A stretch of 64,000 nt of DNA from an uncultured virus (IMG/VR IMGVR_UViG_3300021255_000105) (Duplodnaviria; Heunggongvirae; Uroviricota; Caudoviricetes). The position numbers and the translations under genes were made by a program. Location: IMG/VR virus record IMGVR_UViG_3300021255_000105. One strand, given 5' to 3'. The notes beneath the pieces are model-generated. The model was not told where the DNA came from. It made no database searches and saw only the letters and a program-made list of their open reading frames with translations. Shown here piece by piece: positions 1 through 8,916 of the stretch; the first letter of the stretch is position 1; every line of letters starts with the position of its first letter.

Positions 1-666
1 CTCTATCGCAACTTCGTTGTAGGATTTCTGCGATATTTGCAGCCGGGCGACTCTTTCAAGATTTTGCAGCCGGGCGACTCTTTCAAGATTTTGCAGCCGG
101 GCGACTCTTTCAAGATTTTGCAGCCGGGCGACTCGCTCCAAATGTTCCAAATGAACCTTTCCGGCGTTTCGGTGCCCGTCCTCATTCTGGGCGTTGATAA
201 TGTCGTAGGCCATGAGCCTTCTCCGCTGGACGTCCGGCTCGGAGTCAATCGGCGTAAGGTCGTAACCGTATTGCGCTATCAGCGAGTAGTCCCGAAAGAC
301 AATGGCATAGTGCAAAGCCTTCTTGTAGTTCTCAACCTCCCCGGCAGCGTAAATGTACGTCCTGCAGTCCGTCCCGAACGAGAAAAGGAGCTTAATCAGT
401 GCATCGTCGGTCTTGAAAAACTCCTCCCGAGAAATCCACCTTTGCTCGTCCCGGTACTCACCGGCAAGGGCATTGGCGAAGATTTGCGGATAGGGCTTCA
501 CGTCATTTGCCACAACGCGCTTGTATTTGCCTGAAAACATGGCCGCATGAGTAATCGCACAGCCACCGGCGAAAAGGTCATAGAGCGTACCGGCTGGCGG
601 AAGGTGCTCCAGCACCTCCTGCGCAATTCTCGATTTTGAGCCTTTGTATGGTAGTCCGTAAAGCAT
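1..666 (-). CDS. DNA adenine methyltransferase (D12/Dam-like class), 3' end beyond window
   Basis: Manual translation from ATG at 666: MLYGLPYKGSKSRIAQEVLEHLPPAGTLYDLFAGGCAITHAA... (PYxGxK and DLFAGG SAM-binding motif I). Missing from the ORF track because it runs off the edge. Confidence 0.85.
   Translation of the reverse strand, partial: MLYGLPYKGSKSRIAQEVLEHLPPAGTLYDLFAGGCAITHAAMFSGKYKRVVANDVKPYPQIFANALAGEYRDEQRWISREEFFKTDDALIKLLFSFGTDCRTYIYAAGEVENYKKALHYAIVFRDYSLIAQYGYDLTPIDSEPDVQRRRLMAYDIINAQNEDGHRNAGKVHLEHLERVARLQNLERVARLQNLERVARLQNLERVARLQISQKSYNEVAIE
34..134. repeat. 27-bp tandem repeat, ~3.7 copies, inside the MTase (encodes NLERVARLQ)
   Basis: ATTTTGCAGCCGGGCGACTCTTTCAAG repeated head to tail. 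Confidence 0.95.
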
Positions 667-1049
667 CAGAACAGCCTCCCCTGAAACGGCCCGCCGTATC
701 TTATTTTGCGTTGGCGTTCGATACTTTCACAAACGCCCATGATTGCCTCGGCCCGTCCGCGTAGCGAGTCCTCGTAGTCTTTAAGCTCGTCCTCGCTTTC
801 GGCAACGTAGTAGCCCTTACTGGTAGCAATCAGGCACGGGACTAAATCATTTTGGCGAATATGGTTAATGATTTTTCTTATACGCGCTGGCCCGGGTCGT
901 ATTTCCACCGGGCAGGCGTCTGCTATTTGCTGGTTAAATACCGCGTTTTCGCGCCCGTAAGCGAGTTTCAGCGTTGGAATGATAAATTCCATTGCCCGAA
1001 GCTCAACGTCGCTTAAAGGGGCTGTTTCTTGTGAAAATCCGCTTAACAT
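666..1049 (-). CDS. hypothetical protein, possible winged-helix DNA-binding protein
   Basis: 127-aa ORF, IRKIINHIRQ..LIATSKGYY pattern; start carries the TTTGAGTT-ATG motif. Confidence 0.55.
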   Translation of the reverse strand: MLSGFSQETAPLSDVELRAMEFIIPTLKLAYGRENAVFNQQIADACPVEIRPGPARIRKIINHIRQNDLVPCLIATSKGYYVAESEDELKDYEDSLRGRAEAIMGVCESIERQRKIRYGGPFQGRLF

Positions 1050-1104
1050 AACTCAAAGTTTTAAAGTGGTAGCCGGAGGCGGTATCACCCGCGACCGGCT
1101 ATTG

Positions 1105-1589
1105 CTATTCAAGTTCCTTGTAGGTAACTATCATCAGCTTGTTATCCTTGATTACGGCGCCACGCCGTTTGAGCTCCGCCCAAAGCTCCTCGACCGTCAT
1201 TTTTGAGATATAATCCGACTTGACATAGACCGGCTCGCCGGTGTTGGCTATGATACCCGCCGGGTTGTCGGCATAGCGCCTTGCTATTTGCGTCCTTTGG
1301 TTTTCGCGGATTGTGTCTGCAACCGAGCGGATAAAATGGGGAGTCGGCTCGCTGGTGGCGGTCCACTTGTAGGCATAGAAGAATCCTTTTCGATAGCCCT
1401 TGCTGTGGCGCACTTTTGAAAGTACGCCGCGCTTTACAAGCTCGCCTACAACGAGAACGAGCAACTTGTCACCGAGGCCCTTGAATCCTTCTTTATACTC
1501 TTCGTCTTTTGTGGCGTTGTAGATAAAATCAATCAGTTCTTTGTATCTTCCGAGGTTGGCATTTACCCCCCCCCGTTATTATTTTCCAT
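1105..1589 (-). pseudogene. hypothetical gene interrupted at a G9 tract (frameshifted or phase-variable)
   Basis: ATG at 1589 reads MENNNGGG-stop; one extra G fuses it to the open frame running to 1105. Confidence 0.6.
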
Positions 1590-1591
1590 GA

Positions 1592-2023
1592 TTAGAAATT
1601 CATTAGGTTTTCTTCAAATTCTTGTAGAGATACGAACGGCTGAATCACCCCAAATACAACGTCCTTCAGCCTTTCGTAGAAAGTAGAGAACTCCGCGTTA
1701 TCCATGTTACTGAAATTCCATGATTTCGGTTTCTCAACAAAGGATTTTAAGCGGCGGTTGTAGTAAACGTCATAATATCCGGCGGCAACCGTCAGATAAT
1801 CCCGAAAACCCTCCACGGACCGGAATCCGTTTTGGGTTTTTTCGGGAAGATACGCCCACGCCGCATTGACAAGAGCAAAAGCCTTTTTATGAAGCTCGTA
1901 GTTCCTTGCCAGTCGGATTTCAGCCGTGTAAACTTCGCCGATTTTAAGCATTTTCTTTGCGTCAAAATCCTCGTCGTAGCACGGCTTTAATCCCTGTGGC
2001 GTGTTAAGAAGTGTAAGTTTCAT
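1592..2023 (-). CDS. DUF1367/NinB-like recombination-associated protein
   Basis: RNYELHKKAFAL and PKSWNFSNMD..EF..FY motifs; next to ssb. Confidence 0.65.
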   Translation of the reverse strand: MKLTLLNTPQGLKPCYDEDFDAKKMLKIGEVYTAEIRLARNYELHKKAFALVNAAWAYLPEKTQNGFRSVEGFRDYLTVAAGYYDVYYNRRLKSFVEKPKSWNFSNMDNAEFSTFYERLKDVVFGVIQPFVSLQEFEENLMNF

Positions 2024-2634
2024 CAGAATCCCGGAGGAAGGTCGTCCGGCTGGGGTGTGGTGTAGGCCGGGTCGTTCATCGGGGGATATTGAGGATTACC
2101 GGGCTGGCCGGGCTGGGGAGCCGGTGGCGGCACGGGTGCACCGCCCTGTGGAGGATAGCCCCCTTGTGGCGGGTACGCCGGTTGCTGGTATTGCGGCTGC
2201 GGTGGATACCCCGGCTGTTGATACTGCTGCTGTGGCGGGTAGGCTGGCTGTGCGTACCCCTGCGGAGGATAACCCGGCTGTTGTGCGGGCTGGGCGTTTT
2301 CGGGCCTCGAGCCGAGGAGCTGGAGGTTAAAGACCTTAATTTCGGTGGCGTAGCGTTTGGCCCCGGTCTGGTCTTGCCATTCGCGGGTGTGGAACTTGCC
2401 CTGAACGTAGATAGGCGAGCCCTTCTTGACGTAGTTTGCCACAACGTCCACGAGCTTGCCGTCCACAACGAGCGAAATCCACTCGGTCGATTCTCCCGGC
2501 TGGCCGTCGCGCTTTGTGAACTTTTCCGTTACGGCAATACGCAGGTTGGCGATTTTCCCGCCGTCCTGAAACGAACGGATTTCCGGGTCGGCCCCGACGT
2601 TGCCGATAAACTGACAAAGATTTAATGCTGACAT
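2023..2634 (-). CDS. ssb: single-stranded DNA-binding protein
   Basis: OB-fold motifs IGNVGADPEIR, KKGSPIYVQGK; P/Q/Y-rich linker; acidic DDLP tail. Confidence 0.95.
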   Translation of the reverse strand: MSALNLCQFIGNVGADPEIRSFQDGGKIANLRIAVTEKFTKRDGQPGESTEWISLVVDGKLVDVVANYVKKGSPIYVQGKFHTREWQDQTGAKRYATEIKVFNLQLLGSRPENAQPAQQPGYPPQGYAQPAYPPQQQYQQPGYPPQPQYQQPAYPPQGGYPPQGGAPVPPPAPQPGQPGNPQYPPMNDPAYTTPQPDDLPPGF

Positions 2635-2640
2635 AGCTTT

Positions 2641-2952
2641 TTATGATTTGATTTTACTTGGTGTTATTGGAAATTCGCCAACAGTCTGGGCGTTTACGAC
2701 TTTAACATTGGACTTGGCTCTTGCAAAGGCCACGGAAACCGCAGACCAGATTTCGCGGAACGCATCGTCATTGTCAAGGGCGCAACAAGTCGCGCCAACA
2801 ACGTCCGAGCCCTTCCCGGAAACAAGGAATCCAACGCGCTCCCCATGTGCACCAACGCAAAGGAGCGTTCCGTGTTCCTCCTCATGTTCCTGCGCGAAGT
2901 TTTTGCAAGCGTCCAGCGCCTCCCAAAACTCTTCGACGGTGTTAATCTTCAT
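2641..2952 (-). CDS. hypothetical protein
   Basis: 103-aa ORF in tightly packed operon; resembles neighbour 2942-3271. Confidence 0.6.
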   Translation of the reverse strand: MKINTVEEFWEALDACKNFAQEHEEEHGTLLCVGAHGERVGFLVSGKGSDVVGATCCALDNDDAFREIWSAVSVAFARAKSNVKVVNAQTVGEFPITPSKIKS

Positions 2953-3271
2953 GGCGAACCTCCTTTGCTTTCAATTCGTCGAGAAGCGCACCCTCCGTAA
3001 TGCGGTCCAGATTGAGGACGAGGCAGACTCTGCCGAGTAAGGTGCGAAATCCGCTATCATTCTTGTAAGCATGGAGAAGCGAATCAGCAAGCATATTCGC
3101 CGAGCCGGTGAGCACCCCGTGGAATCCGTGGTCCTCTCCCTCTGTATGAACGTAGCCAATAACAAGAGCGTCTTTCTTGTCGTTGTCGGGCTGTTTCTCG
3201 TTGTTCTCAATAACGAATGCTCGGATAGCCAAAATAGCCTCTTCGCATTCTTGGTAATTGTTAATCTTCAT
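2942..3271 (-). CDS. hypothetical protein
   Basis: 109-aa ORF overlapping both neighbours. Confidence 0.6.
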   Translation of the reverse strand: MKINNYQECEEAILAIRAFVIENNEKQPDNDKKDALVIGYVHTEGEDHGFHGVLTGSANMLADSLLHAYKNDSGFRTLLGRVCLVLNLDRITEGALLDELKAKEVRHED

Positions 3272-4190
3272 TGGGTTTAAAACTTACTGAACCTTTGACT
3301 TGGATTTCCTTTGCGACCTTTGCAAAGACGGCCGGGAATTGCTCCTTCAGCTTTGCGGTGTCGCATCTTACCTGCGTGCTTGCGGCCCGGCGCTTGAATA
3401 CGCCGCCCTCGGCCTGCAGTTCCGTGAGATTGTGCTCTTCCATGTAGGCGAGCACTTTTGCATCGTTCGCTTTCATAGCCTCCTCAATCTGCTTTATCTG
3501 GGCTTTGAGGATTGCTATCTTTCGGGCGTTGGAAACATAGACAGAAAGCTCACCGGCGGGGATTGCGACCTCAACGCTGGGCGTTTCGTTTTCGTCCATG
3601 TAAATAAGGCCCTTTTTCTCGGCTTCCAAAAGACTTTCTACCTCGGCTTGGGTAACTGGCTCAACCGGGATAAGTTCTTTGATTTTACGGGCCTTTTTGT
3701 CAATCCAAAGACAGTGACAGGATTCGACTTCAATGCCGGGGTTCAGGCGCTCAAAAAGATACTTGTAAATTCCGAGTTGCCATTCCAGCGCCCGGCGGTG
3801 GTATTTCTGTGTGGTCTTGTAGTCCACCAGTCTTACTTTGTTCTTTTTCGTGCCCGCATAAACCCCGTCAATAGCCGAGGCCACGGTTTCAAAGTCCGTC
3901 ACTTGGTATTCGCTGGCGATAAACTTCAGGCCGAGTTTCTTGTAGTCCGAAATCAAGTCGCTTGCGAGTACCGAAATGCCGTTTTCGTAGTCTTGGATTT
4001 CCTTGTGGATTGCTGTGCCCTCCTCGGCGGCTTTTTGTAGTGTCGCTTCGGGAATCCCGGAGTAATCAGCGGAAAGGCCGTGCTTTTTCATCAGGCTTGT
4101 TACGCCCATGAGGAGCGTTTCCCCGTCCAGAAGGTAACTGTGCGAGGTGGGTTCAAAGAAAACCCTATCGGTTGTGTCCGTTAGCTGCAT
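3261..4190 (-). CDS. PD-(D/E)XK exonuclease (Cas4/RecE-like recombination nuclease)
   Basis: GVTS, GTAIH, AIDG..LVDYKT, WQLGIY motifs. Confidence 0.85.
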   Translation of the reverse strand: MQLTDTTDRVFFEPTSHSYLLDGETLLMGVTSLMKKHGLSADYSGIPEATLQKAAEEGTAIHKEIQDYENGISVLASDLISDYKKLGLKFIASEYQVTDFETVASAIDGVYAGTKKNKVRLVDYKTTQKYHRRALEWQLGIYKYLFERLNPGIEVESCHCLWIDKKARKIKELIPVEPVTQAEVESLLEAEKKGLIYMDENETPSVEVAIPAGELSVYVSNARKIAILKAQIKQIEEAMKANDAKVLAYMEEHNLTELQAEGGVFKRRAASTQVRCDTAKLKEQFPAVFAKVAKEIQVKGSVSFKPNED

Positions 4191-4791
4191 CGTTTACTTC
4201 GTTTGAGCGTTTGTTAAATGCTTTGATAAATTCCTTGTCTTTACCAAAGTACTGCTGATAGTACGCCCACGCCTCTTGGAGTTGCTGGGGCGTCGTGAGG
4301 GTTTGCAGGTATTCGATTGCCTGCTCGCGGGATTCATTAAAGGCTTTTTCTTGCTGATACTTTGTCGCGTCATTCTGCCAATACACGTCAGCACCAATTC
4401 CGAGGCTTCTGCAAGCCTGCGAAATCGCATCGGTGTAAGCTTTCTTGGCCGCATCATCGTCAAGATAAAGCCCGTTTTTCTCTTGGGCTTTTACCATAGC
4501 GCCCCCGAATCCCTCAATAGGTTTCGACCACTCGCCATTAACTTTAATGTAGAGGTGGATTTTGAGGTAAACGGCCTTTTCGTTTCCGGCCTCCTCCGTC
4601 CACTTTTCCACAATGTCCGTGTACCACCCGACTCCAGCCGGGCCAAATTCCCGCGTAAGCGTCTGGATTCTCCAAAGGGGGTTAATATCGGTTTTGCCCT
4701 TTAACCGCCCTGCCTGAATATCCTTTTTGGCCTCTTGCGGGACTTCTCGCACCCTGTTATAGAGCGCGAGGTTTGCGTTTTTTTCTGCCAT
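4165..4791 (-). CDS. Rad52/Sak-like ssDNA annealing protein
   Basis: DINPLWRI..FGPAGVGW and KKAYTDAISQACRSLGIGADVYW motifs; adjacent to exonuclease. Confidence 0.8.
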   Translation of the reverse strand: MAEKNANLALYNRVREVPQEAKKDIQAGRLKGKTDINPLWRIQTLTREFGPAGVGWYTDIVEKWTEEAGNEKAVYLKIHLYIKVNGEWSKPIEGFGGAMVKAQEKNGLYLDDDAAKKAYTDAISQACRSLGIGADVYWQNDATKYQQEKAFNESREQAIEYLQTLTTPQQLQEAWAYYQQYFGKDKEFIKAFNKRSNEVNDAANGHNR

Positions 4792-5040
4792 ATATTTGAT
4801 TAAAATAAAAAGTCTGGGTCTGCCCGAAATAACTGCGTAAAAATCCCTTCGAAGACCTGAGCAATAATAGAGTTCCCCGCCATTTTGTGCCGCTGGATTT
4901 ATAGTAATCCAGCTTGGTATTCTTCTCTATGATAACCGTCCACGGCGATACGGTGGAGGATTTGTCGAGCCTCCTCCGTATCTGCCTCGTCCGGCTCAAT
5001 CTCGGCCCAATACTGATTGCGGGCCTTCTCAATGAGGGCT

Positions 5041-5334
5041 TTATCTCTTTCCGTCATTTGTCATTTCTGCAAGGGCCTCTTCGTTACGCGCATAATAACC
5101 CGCGGCGTAGAATAAGTCCCAAAGGTCGATAAAGTGAGAAAGAATGGGGGTCGGCATAGGGTTGAAAAGGGCACAGAAGAGCATTACAATCTCTTCCGGC
5201 TGGGCTTTTCTCCACTCTTCCAGCACCTTGATTTTGTCGCGGTCGAAGAGCTTGCTAATGTGCTCATGCGCCTCGTCGGACATGAGGTTAGCATCGTTGG
5301 CCTTCTTTATGGCCTCCTCAATAAACTTTTCCAT
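5041..5334 (-). CDS. hypothetical protein
   Basis: 97-aa ORF with TTGAGTT-ATG start motif. Confidence 0.6.
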   Translation of the reverse strand: MEKFIEEAIKKANDANLMSDEAHEHISKLFDRDKIKVLEEWRKAQPEEIVMLFCALFNPMPTPILSHFIDLWDLFYAAGYYARNEEALAEMTNDGKR

Positions 5335-5337
5335 AAC

Positions 5338-5518
5338 TCAATGTGTTTTAGTGGAACATTTTTCAAGACGGTTAAGCAAGAATCCGCAAAAGACCGCGAC
5401 CGCAAACCAGCCGCCAGTCCACGCCAAATCCAGACCGCCCGTAGGGGTTTCAGCCGCCCCGACCATAAAAGCAAGAATCAGCAATAGGCCGAGGAGCGTT
5501 TGAGCAATTTTTTTCATA
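5338..5518 (-). CDS. small two-TM membrane protein
   Basis: MKKIAQTLLGLLLILAFMVG...WFAVAVFCGFLL. Confidence 0.55.
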
Positions 5519-6050
5519 TCGTTGATTTTGTGGATTCCAGCGGCGCAAAATCGTACCACCCGCGGATTGAGCCTATCTTCTGCCCGCGCGGGACTTTCTC
5601 AATACGGGGAGCCCGTTTCGTTTCCGGGGTGTAGTAGGCAATCAGATTCTTTTTATCGACAATGTAACCGAGGCGTTCAAGGCGGTTTCGCTGAAAGAGC
5701 CTCGCCCTCGGCTCGCTGGTGTAGTGCCGCCCCTTTTGCGCGGGTAACATGCCCCACCGAATACGCATCTTGTCTATATCGTACTGCTTTTTCAGTGTGG
5801 CCTCGCGTTTGGCGTAGGATTCGGGGGTGTTAATCCGTTTTCCGTACCCGCCCTTTATTGCAATCTCGCGGCACTGACGCGCAATAAACTCTTTTGACTT
5901 GTGCCAGCCGTGTTTCTCTGCCCGGCTTTTAATCGTCCACTTGGAAAGCCCCAAAGCCTCGGCAATCTCGGCGTTAGATTCGTTGGGGTAATGCTGGGCG
6001 ATATAGTCAAGCTGCTCTTTGTTAAGGTGCTTGGATTTTGCCTTCTTCAT
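5514..6050 (-). CDS. HTH DNA-binding protein
   Basis: SNAEIAEALGLSKWTIKSRA helix-turn-helix; perfect start motif. Confidence 0.7.
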   Translation of the reverse strand: MKKAKSKHLNKEQLDYIAQHYPNESNAEIAEALGLSKWTIKSRAEKHGWHKSKEFIARQCREIAIKGGYGKRINTPESYAKREATLKKQYDIDKMRIRWGMLPAQKGRHYTSEPRARLFQRNRLERLGYIVDKKNLIAYYTPETKRAPRIEKVPRGQKIGSIRGWYDFAPLESTKSTI

Positions 6051-6136
6051 AACTCAAAGATTTGTAAAAGCCTCCCTGCATTTCGCAACGCAAGGGAGGC
6101 GGATTGTTTTGTCATAAAGGCCCCGCATTGGGGTTG

Positions 6137-6211
6137 TTGCTGGAGCCGGAGTCGAACCGGCAACCTTTGGAGTCAAAGTCCAACGCTCTAAACCATTTGC
6201 GCTATCCAGCA
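6137..6211 (-). tRNA. tRNA-Gln(TTG)
   Basis: Cloverleaf; anticodon arm TTGGA-CTTTGAC-TCCAA; GGTTCGACTCC T arm. Confidence 0.9.
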
Positions 6212-6284
6212 ATAGTGCCGAGGCTTGTATGCACCCCGGCGGGTGTATTGAGAGAGTTATTAAGAGAGTTATTAGAGGTGTTTG

Positions 6285-6366
6285 TGCCCGGGGAGGGACT
6301 CGAACCCTCACGCCGTATGGCAACGGCTCCTTAAACCGTTGTGTCTGCCAGTTCCACCACCCGGGC
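6285..6366 (-). tRNA. tRNA-Leu(AAG)
   Basis: Leu-type D arm and long variable arm; ACGGT-TTAAGGA-GCCGT gives AAG with G37. Confidence 0.85.
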
Positions 6367-6377
6367 AAAGTGATTTG

Positions 6378-6459
6378 TGGCCCCGGAGGGACTCGAACCC
6401 CCAATCCCGTAGGCGGCAAGGTTTGAGCTTGCCGTGTATGCCAATTCCACCACGGGGCC
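6378..6459 (-). tRNA. tRNA-Leu(CAA)
   Basis: GCAAG-CTCAAAC-CTTGC anticodon arm; long variable arm. Confidence 0.9.
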
Positions 6460-6521
6460 AAGTGCCGGTCTTTCCCGGCTGTCAAAGAAGTTTTTAGTGA
6501 ATAGCGCGTCACTGCGCTTAG

Positions 6522-6603
6522 AGGCGGTGACGGGACTCGAACCCGCGACCCCATGATACATGTGGTAGTTCTCATGCGCTCTACCTTCTGAAGCTACACC
6601 GCC
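6522..6603 (-). ncRNA. tRNA-like RNA with 15-nt anticodon loop
   Basis: Intact acceptor, D and T arms; CATGA/TCATG stem encloses GAACTACCACATGTA. Confidence 0.7.
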
Positions 6604-7104
6604 ACGTCCGAGTCTTTCCTCGGTGCCACCGAAGTTATGAATTGCCGGTTAATGATTATGCCCGCCACGGCTTTCTCCGATTTGGACGGTCGAATACAAA
6701 GTCTTGGGGCTTCCCGTCCAATCATATTCATAACAACGCCCTTTACTCCCCTTCGGTTTGGGGAGCGAGTATCTGACGAGCGCCCCATTCAACCGCCCCG
6801 TGCGAAGCTGGCTGTGCAAGCCCGGGAACGGCCCTCTCCACAAAAGGAGTACATGGAGCCCGGAGTATCGGTCAGGATAAACCGGGCTGGTTTTGGTTAG
6901 AGGAATACCCGTATCAATATTCTTATACGGGACTTGCACCCGCCCGCACGCCTTTTTCGTGCGTAAATAATAGAGAAATAGAAACGGTTATGAGTGCGGG
7001 ACGAAGCGCATAGGCCCCGCTTGTGTAACTAAACCTAATTACCCAGAATAAAATTTATGGCTTCATCAAACTGGAGGCTGCGCTTCCGCCGCATCACTGC
7101 GGGT

Positions 7105-7350
7105 TTATTGTAGTTCAGAGAGAAGGATTCCCGTAACTCCTCCGCGAGTAACTTTCTTCAAGTGTCCCTCGCGGATTTTCCGGGATATGGTCTGGCGTGT
7201 GCGCCCGGTGATTCTGGCCGCTTCGCTGACCGATACAACACGGTCTTTTAATTCGGCCTCCCGGAGGTCGTTAAACCGGCGAAGCTCATAGACGAGCCCC
7301 ATGATATTTTGATTCAGCTCCTCAATAATGAATCTATCGTGGCTATCCAT
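7105..7350 (-). CDS. excisionase-like HTH protein
   Basis: VSVSEAARITGRTRQTISRKIREG MerR/HTH_17-type motif. Confidence 0.7.
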   Translation of the reverse strand: MDSHDRFIIEELNQNIMGLVYELRRFNDLREAELKDRVVSVSEAARITGRTRQTISRKIREGHLKKVTRGGVTGILLSELQ

Positions 7351-7588
7351 TTGCTACCGTGATTGTCACCTTACAGGCGTTGTTCTGGATTTTTTCAACG
7401 TGAAAATAATATGCACGCTTTATTCCGTTTGCCTTGTTTCTGGAGTTTATATCATAGGCCATAGCCTTACAGGATTTCATGGCCTTTTCGGACGGGAAAA
7501 ATAGCTCGTTCGCGCCCGGCTCCAGACAACACAAAAGCTCGGTCCACTTGTTATTGTGGATTAGTATTTGAATATCTGCTGCTGTCAT
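7343..7588 (-). CDS. hypothetical protein, first gene of the leftward lytic operon
   Basis: 81-aa ORF coupled to the xis-like gene. Confidence 0.55.
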   Translation of the reverse strand: MTAADIQILIHNNKWTELLCCLEPGANELFFPSEKAMKSCKAMAYDINSRNKANGIKRAYYFHVEKIQNNACKVTITVANG

Positions 7589-8043
7589 TGGGTTTTAATT
7601 AGAAAATGAGAACCGGCAACAAGGAACCGCCCCTCGTCCCGGTTGTTCTATTCACGCCCGCATCTATTTGTCGCCGACCTTGCCGACGCATGATAATCGA
7701 GTACTTTGCGTGCGTTAAATATTTGTCCCTATCCGCTACCTTGTAGCTCGTAGTAGTTTTGTCGTTTCTTTCGCTGATTTGCTTCTATTATTTTCCGGGT
7801 ATGCCTCACGCCCTACCTTTTGACTTCCCAAACATATCTTGTCGTCTTGCTTGGGTTTCGCCCCGAAGAAGGATTGACTACCTCCAAAGGGATTTCTTTC
7901 GGACTCGGTTTCCCCGACCACGCGATTATACGCAAGGCGCGGTAATTAAGCTGAAACACGCCTGCGTGCCCGTTTTTGGCCCGGGCTGGCCTTCAGACTT
8001 GTCAAATAACTCAAAGATTGATTGAAAAAAGTAGGTTACTTAC

Positions 8044-8074
8044 TTTGAAAAGCGGAAGGAAATCCCTAAATTTG
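8044..8074 (+). promoter_or_regulatory. Bacteroidetes sigma-A promoter for the repressor genes
   Basis: TTTG (8044) N19 TAAATTTG (8067). Confidence 0.7.
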
Positions 8075-8156
8075 CCGTAGGAACTATTGTAGGAGGCCGA
8101 TTTAGGGTTTCCCCGTCCGTTTTGTATCTCAAAGAACTTACTTACCAATCCGGATA

Positions 8157-8187
8157 CAAAGTTAGGGGAAAAAACCGAACTTCCAAA
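8157..8187 (-). promoter_or_regulatory. Bacteroidetes sigma-A promoter for the leftward operon
   Basis: TTTG N19 TAACTTTG on the minus strand. Confidence 0.7.
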
Positions 8188-8257
8188 ACTTTTTAGAGAA
8201 AATCGACAAATTTTTTGGAAAATTTCGAAGCCGCCTACTCAAAACAAACTTTGAGTT

Positions 8258-8593
8258 ATGGATAACAACATTCAAAAACGGCTTCAGGAGGCCATAGAAG
8301 GCCTCTGCGAAGGAAACAAGTCAGAATTTTGCCGACGCATCGGAAAGGACGTATCAGCCCTAAAAGACATTCTTGGAGAAAAGCACAGCGCACCGGGGTA
8401 TGCCCTTTTGTTTGCAATCCTGTCCTCCGATTTGGGAATTTCCCCTAACTGGCTCATGCTTGGAGAGGGTCCCATGCTTTCGGGAAATAACCCCGCACCC
8501 GCCGGAAACGACGTGCATCACAACGTAGTAATAATTGGAAATCTTGGCGACCTGAAAGAAGTTGTCGCCGAGGCTATCCGCGAAAACAGATAG
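8258..8593 (+). CDS. XRE-type HTH repressor candidate (no peptidase domain)
   Basis: NKSEFCRRIG HTH and ISPNWLMLGEGPM motif typical of phage CI N-termini. Confidence 0.75.
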   Translation: MDNNIQKRLQEAIEGLCEGNKSEFCRRIGKDVSALKDILGEKHSAPGYALLFAILSSDLGISPNWLMLGEGPMLSGNNPAPAGNDVHHNVVIIGNLGDLKEVVAEAIRENR

Positions 8594-8597
8594 CGCC

Positions 8598-8912
8598 ATG
8601 ACGGAGATTGAAAGAATAAACTATTTGATAGAGGTTTTCGCCTGCGGTAACGCAAAGCAGTTTGCCGACAAGTGCTCTATCCGTCCAGATTCTTTAAGCC
8701 GGGTGCGGAACGGGAAGGGCTCCCCCTCTCACTTCTTTCCCCATATCCTTAAAGCCTTCCCGGACGTGCGCCGCGACTGGCTTTTCGAAGGCAAAGGCCG
8801 GGCGCTTCATTCCGAGGCTCAAAAAGACATTTTAACGGCCAAAATAGACACCTTGACGGAAGAAGTAAGGAAACTATCGGAACTTGTGCAAAAGTGCCTG
8901 AAAACGCCCTAA
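8598..8912 (+). CDS. second XRE-type HTH regulator with C-terminal coiled coil
   Basis: NAKQFADKCSIRPDSLSRVRNG; FPDVRRDWLFEGKG. Confidence 0.7.
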   Translation: MTEIERINYLIEVFACGNAKQFADKCSIRPDSLSRVRNGKGSPSHFFPHILKAFPDVRRDWLFEGKGRALHSEAQKDILTAKIDTLTEEVRKLSELVQKCLKTP

Positions 8913-8916
8913 ATCG

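Noticed and set aside
34..134. Possible CRISPR array
   Set aside because: Repeats are contiguous with no spacers and in frame within a gene
6251..6274. 12-bp duplication AGAGAGTTATTA
   Set aside because: Two copies in a tRNA spacer; no evidence of function
6054..6575. 173-aa ORF over the tRNA cluster
   Set aside because: Overlaps tRNA genes; spurious
6773..6830. Hammerhead-like CTGACGA...GAAG
   Set aside because: GAAG instead of GAAA, no stem I pairing, and opposite to local transcription
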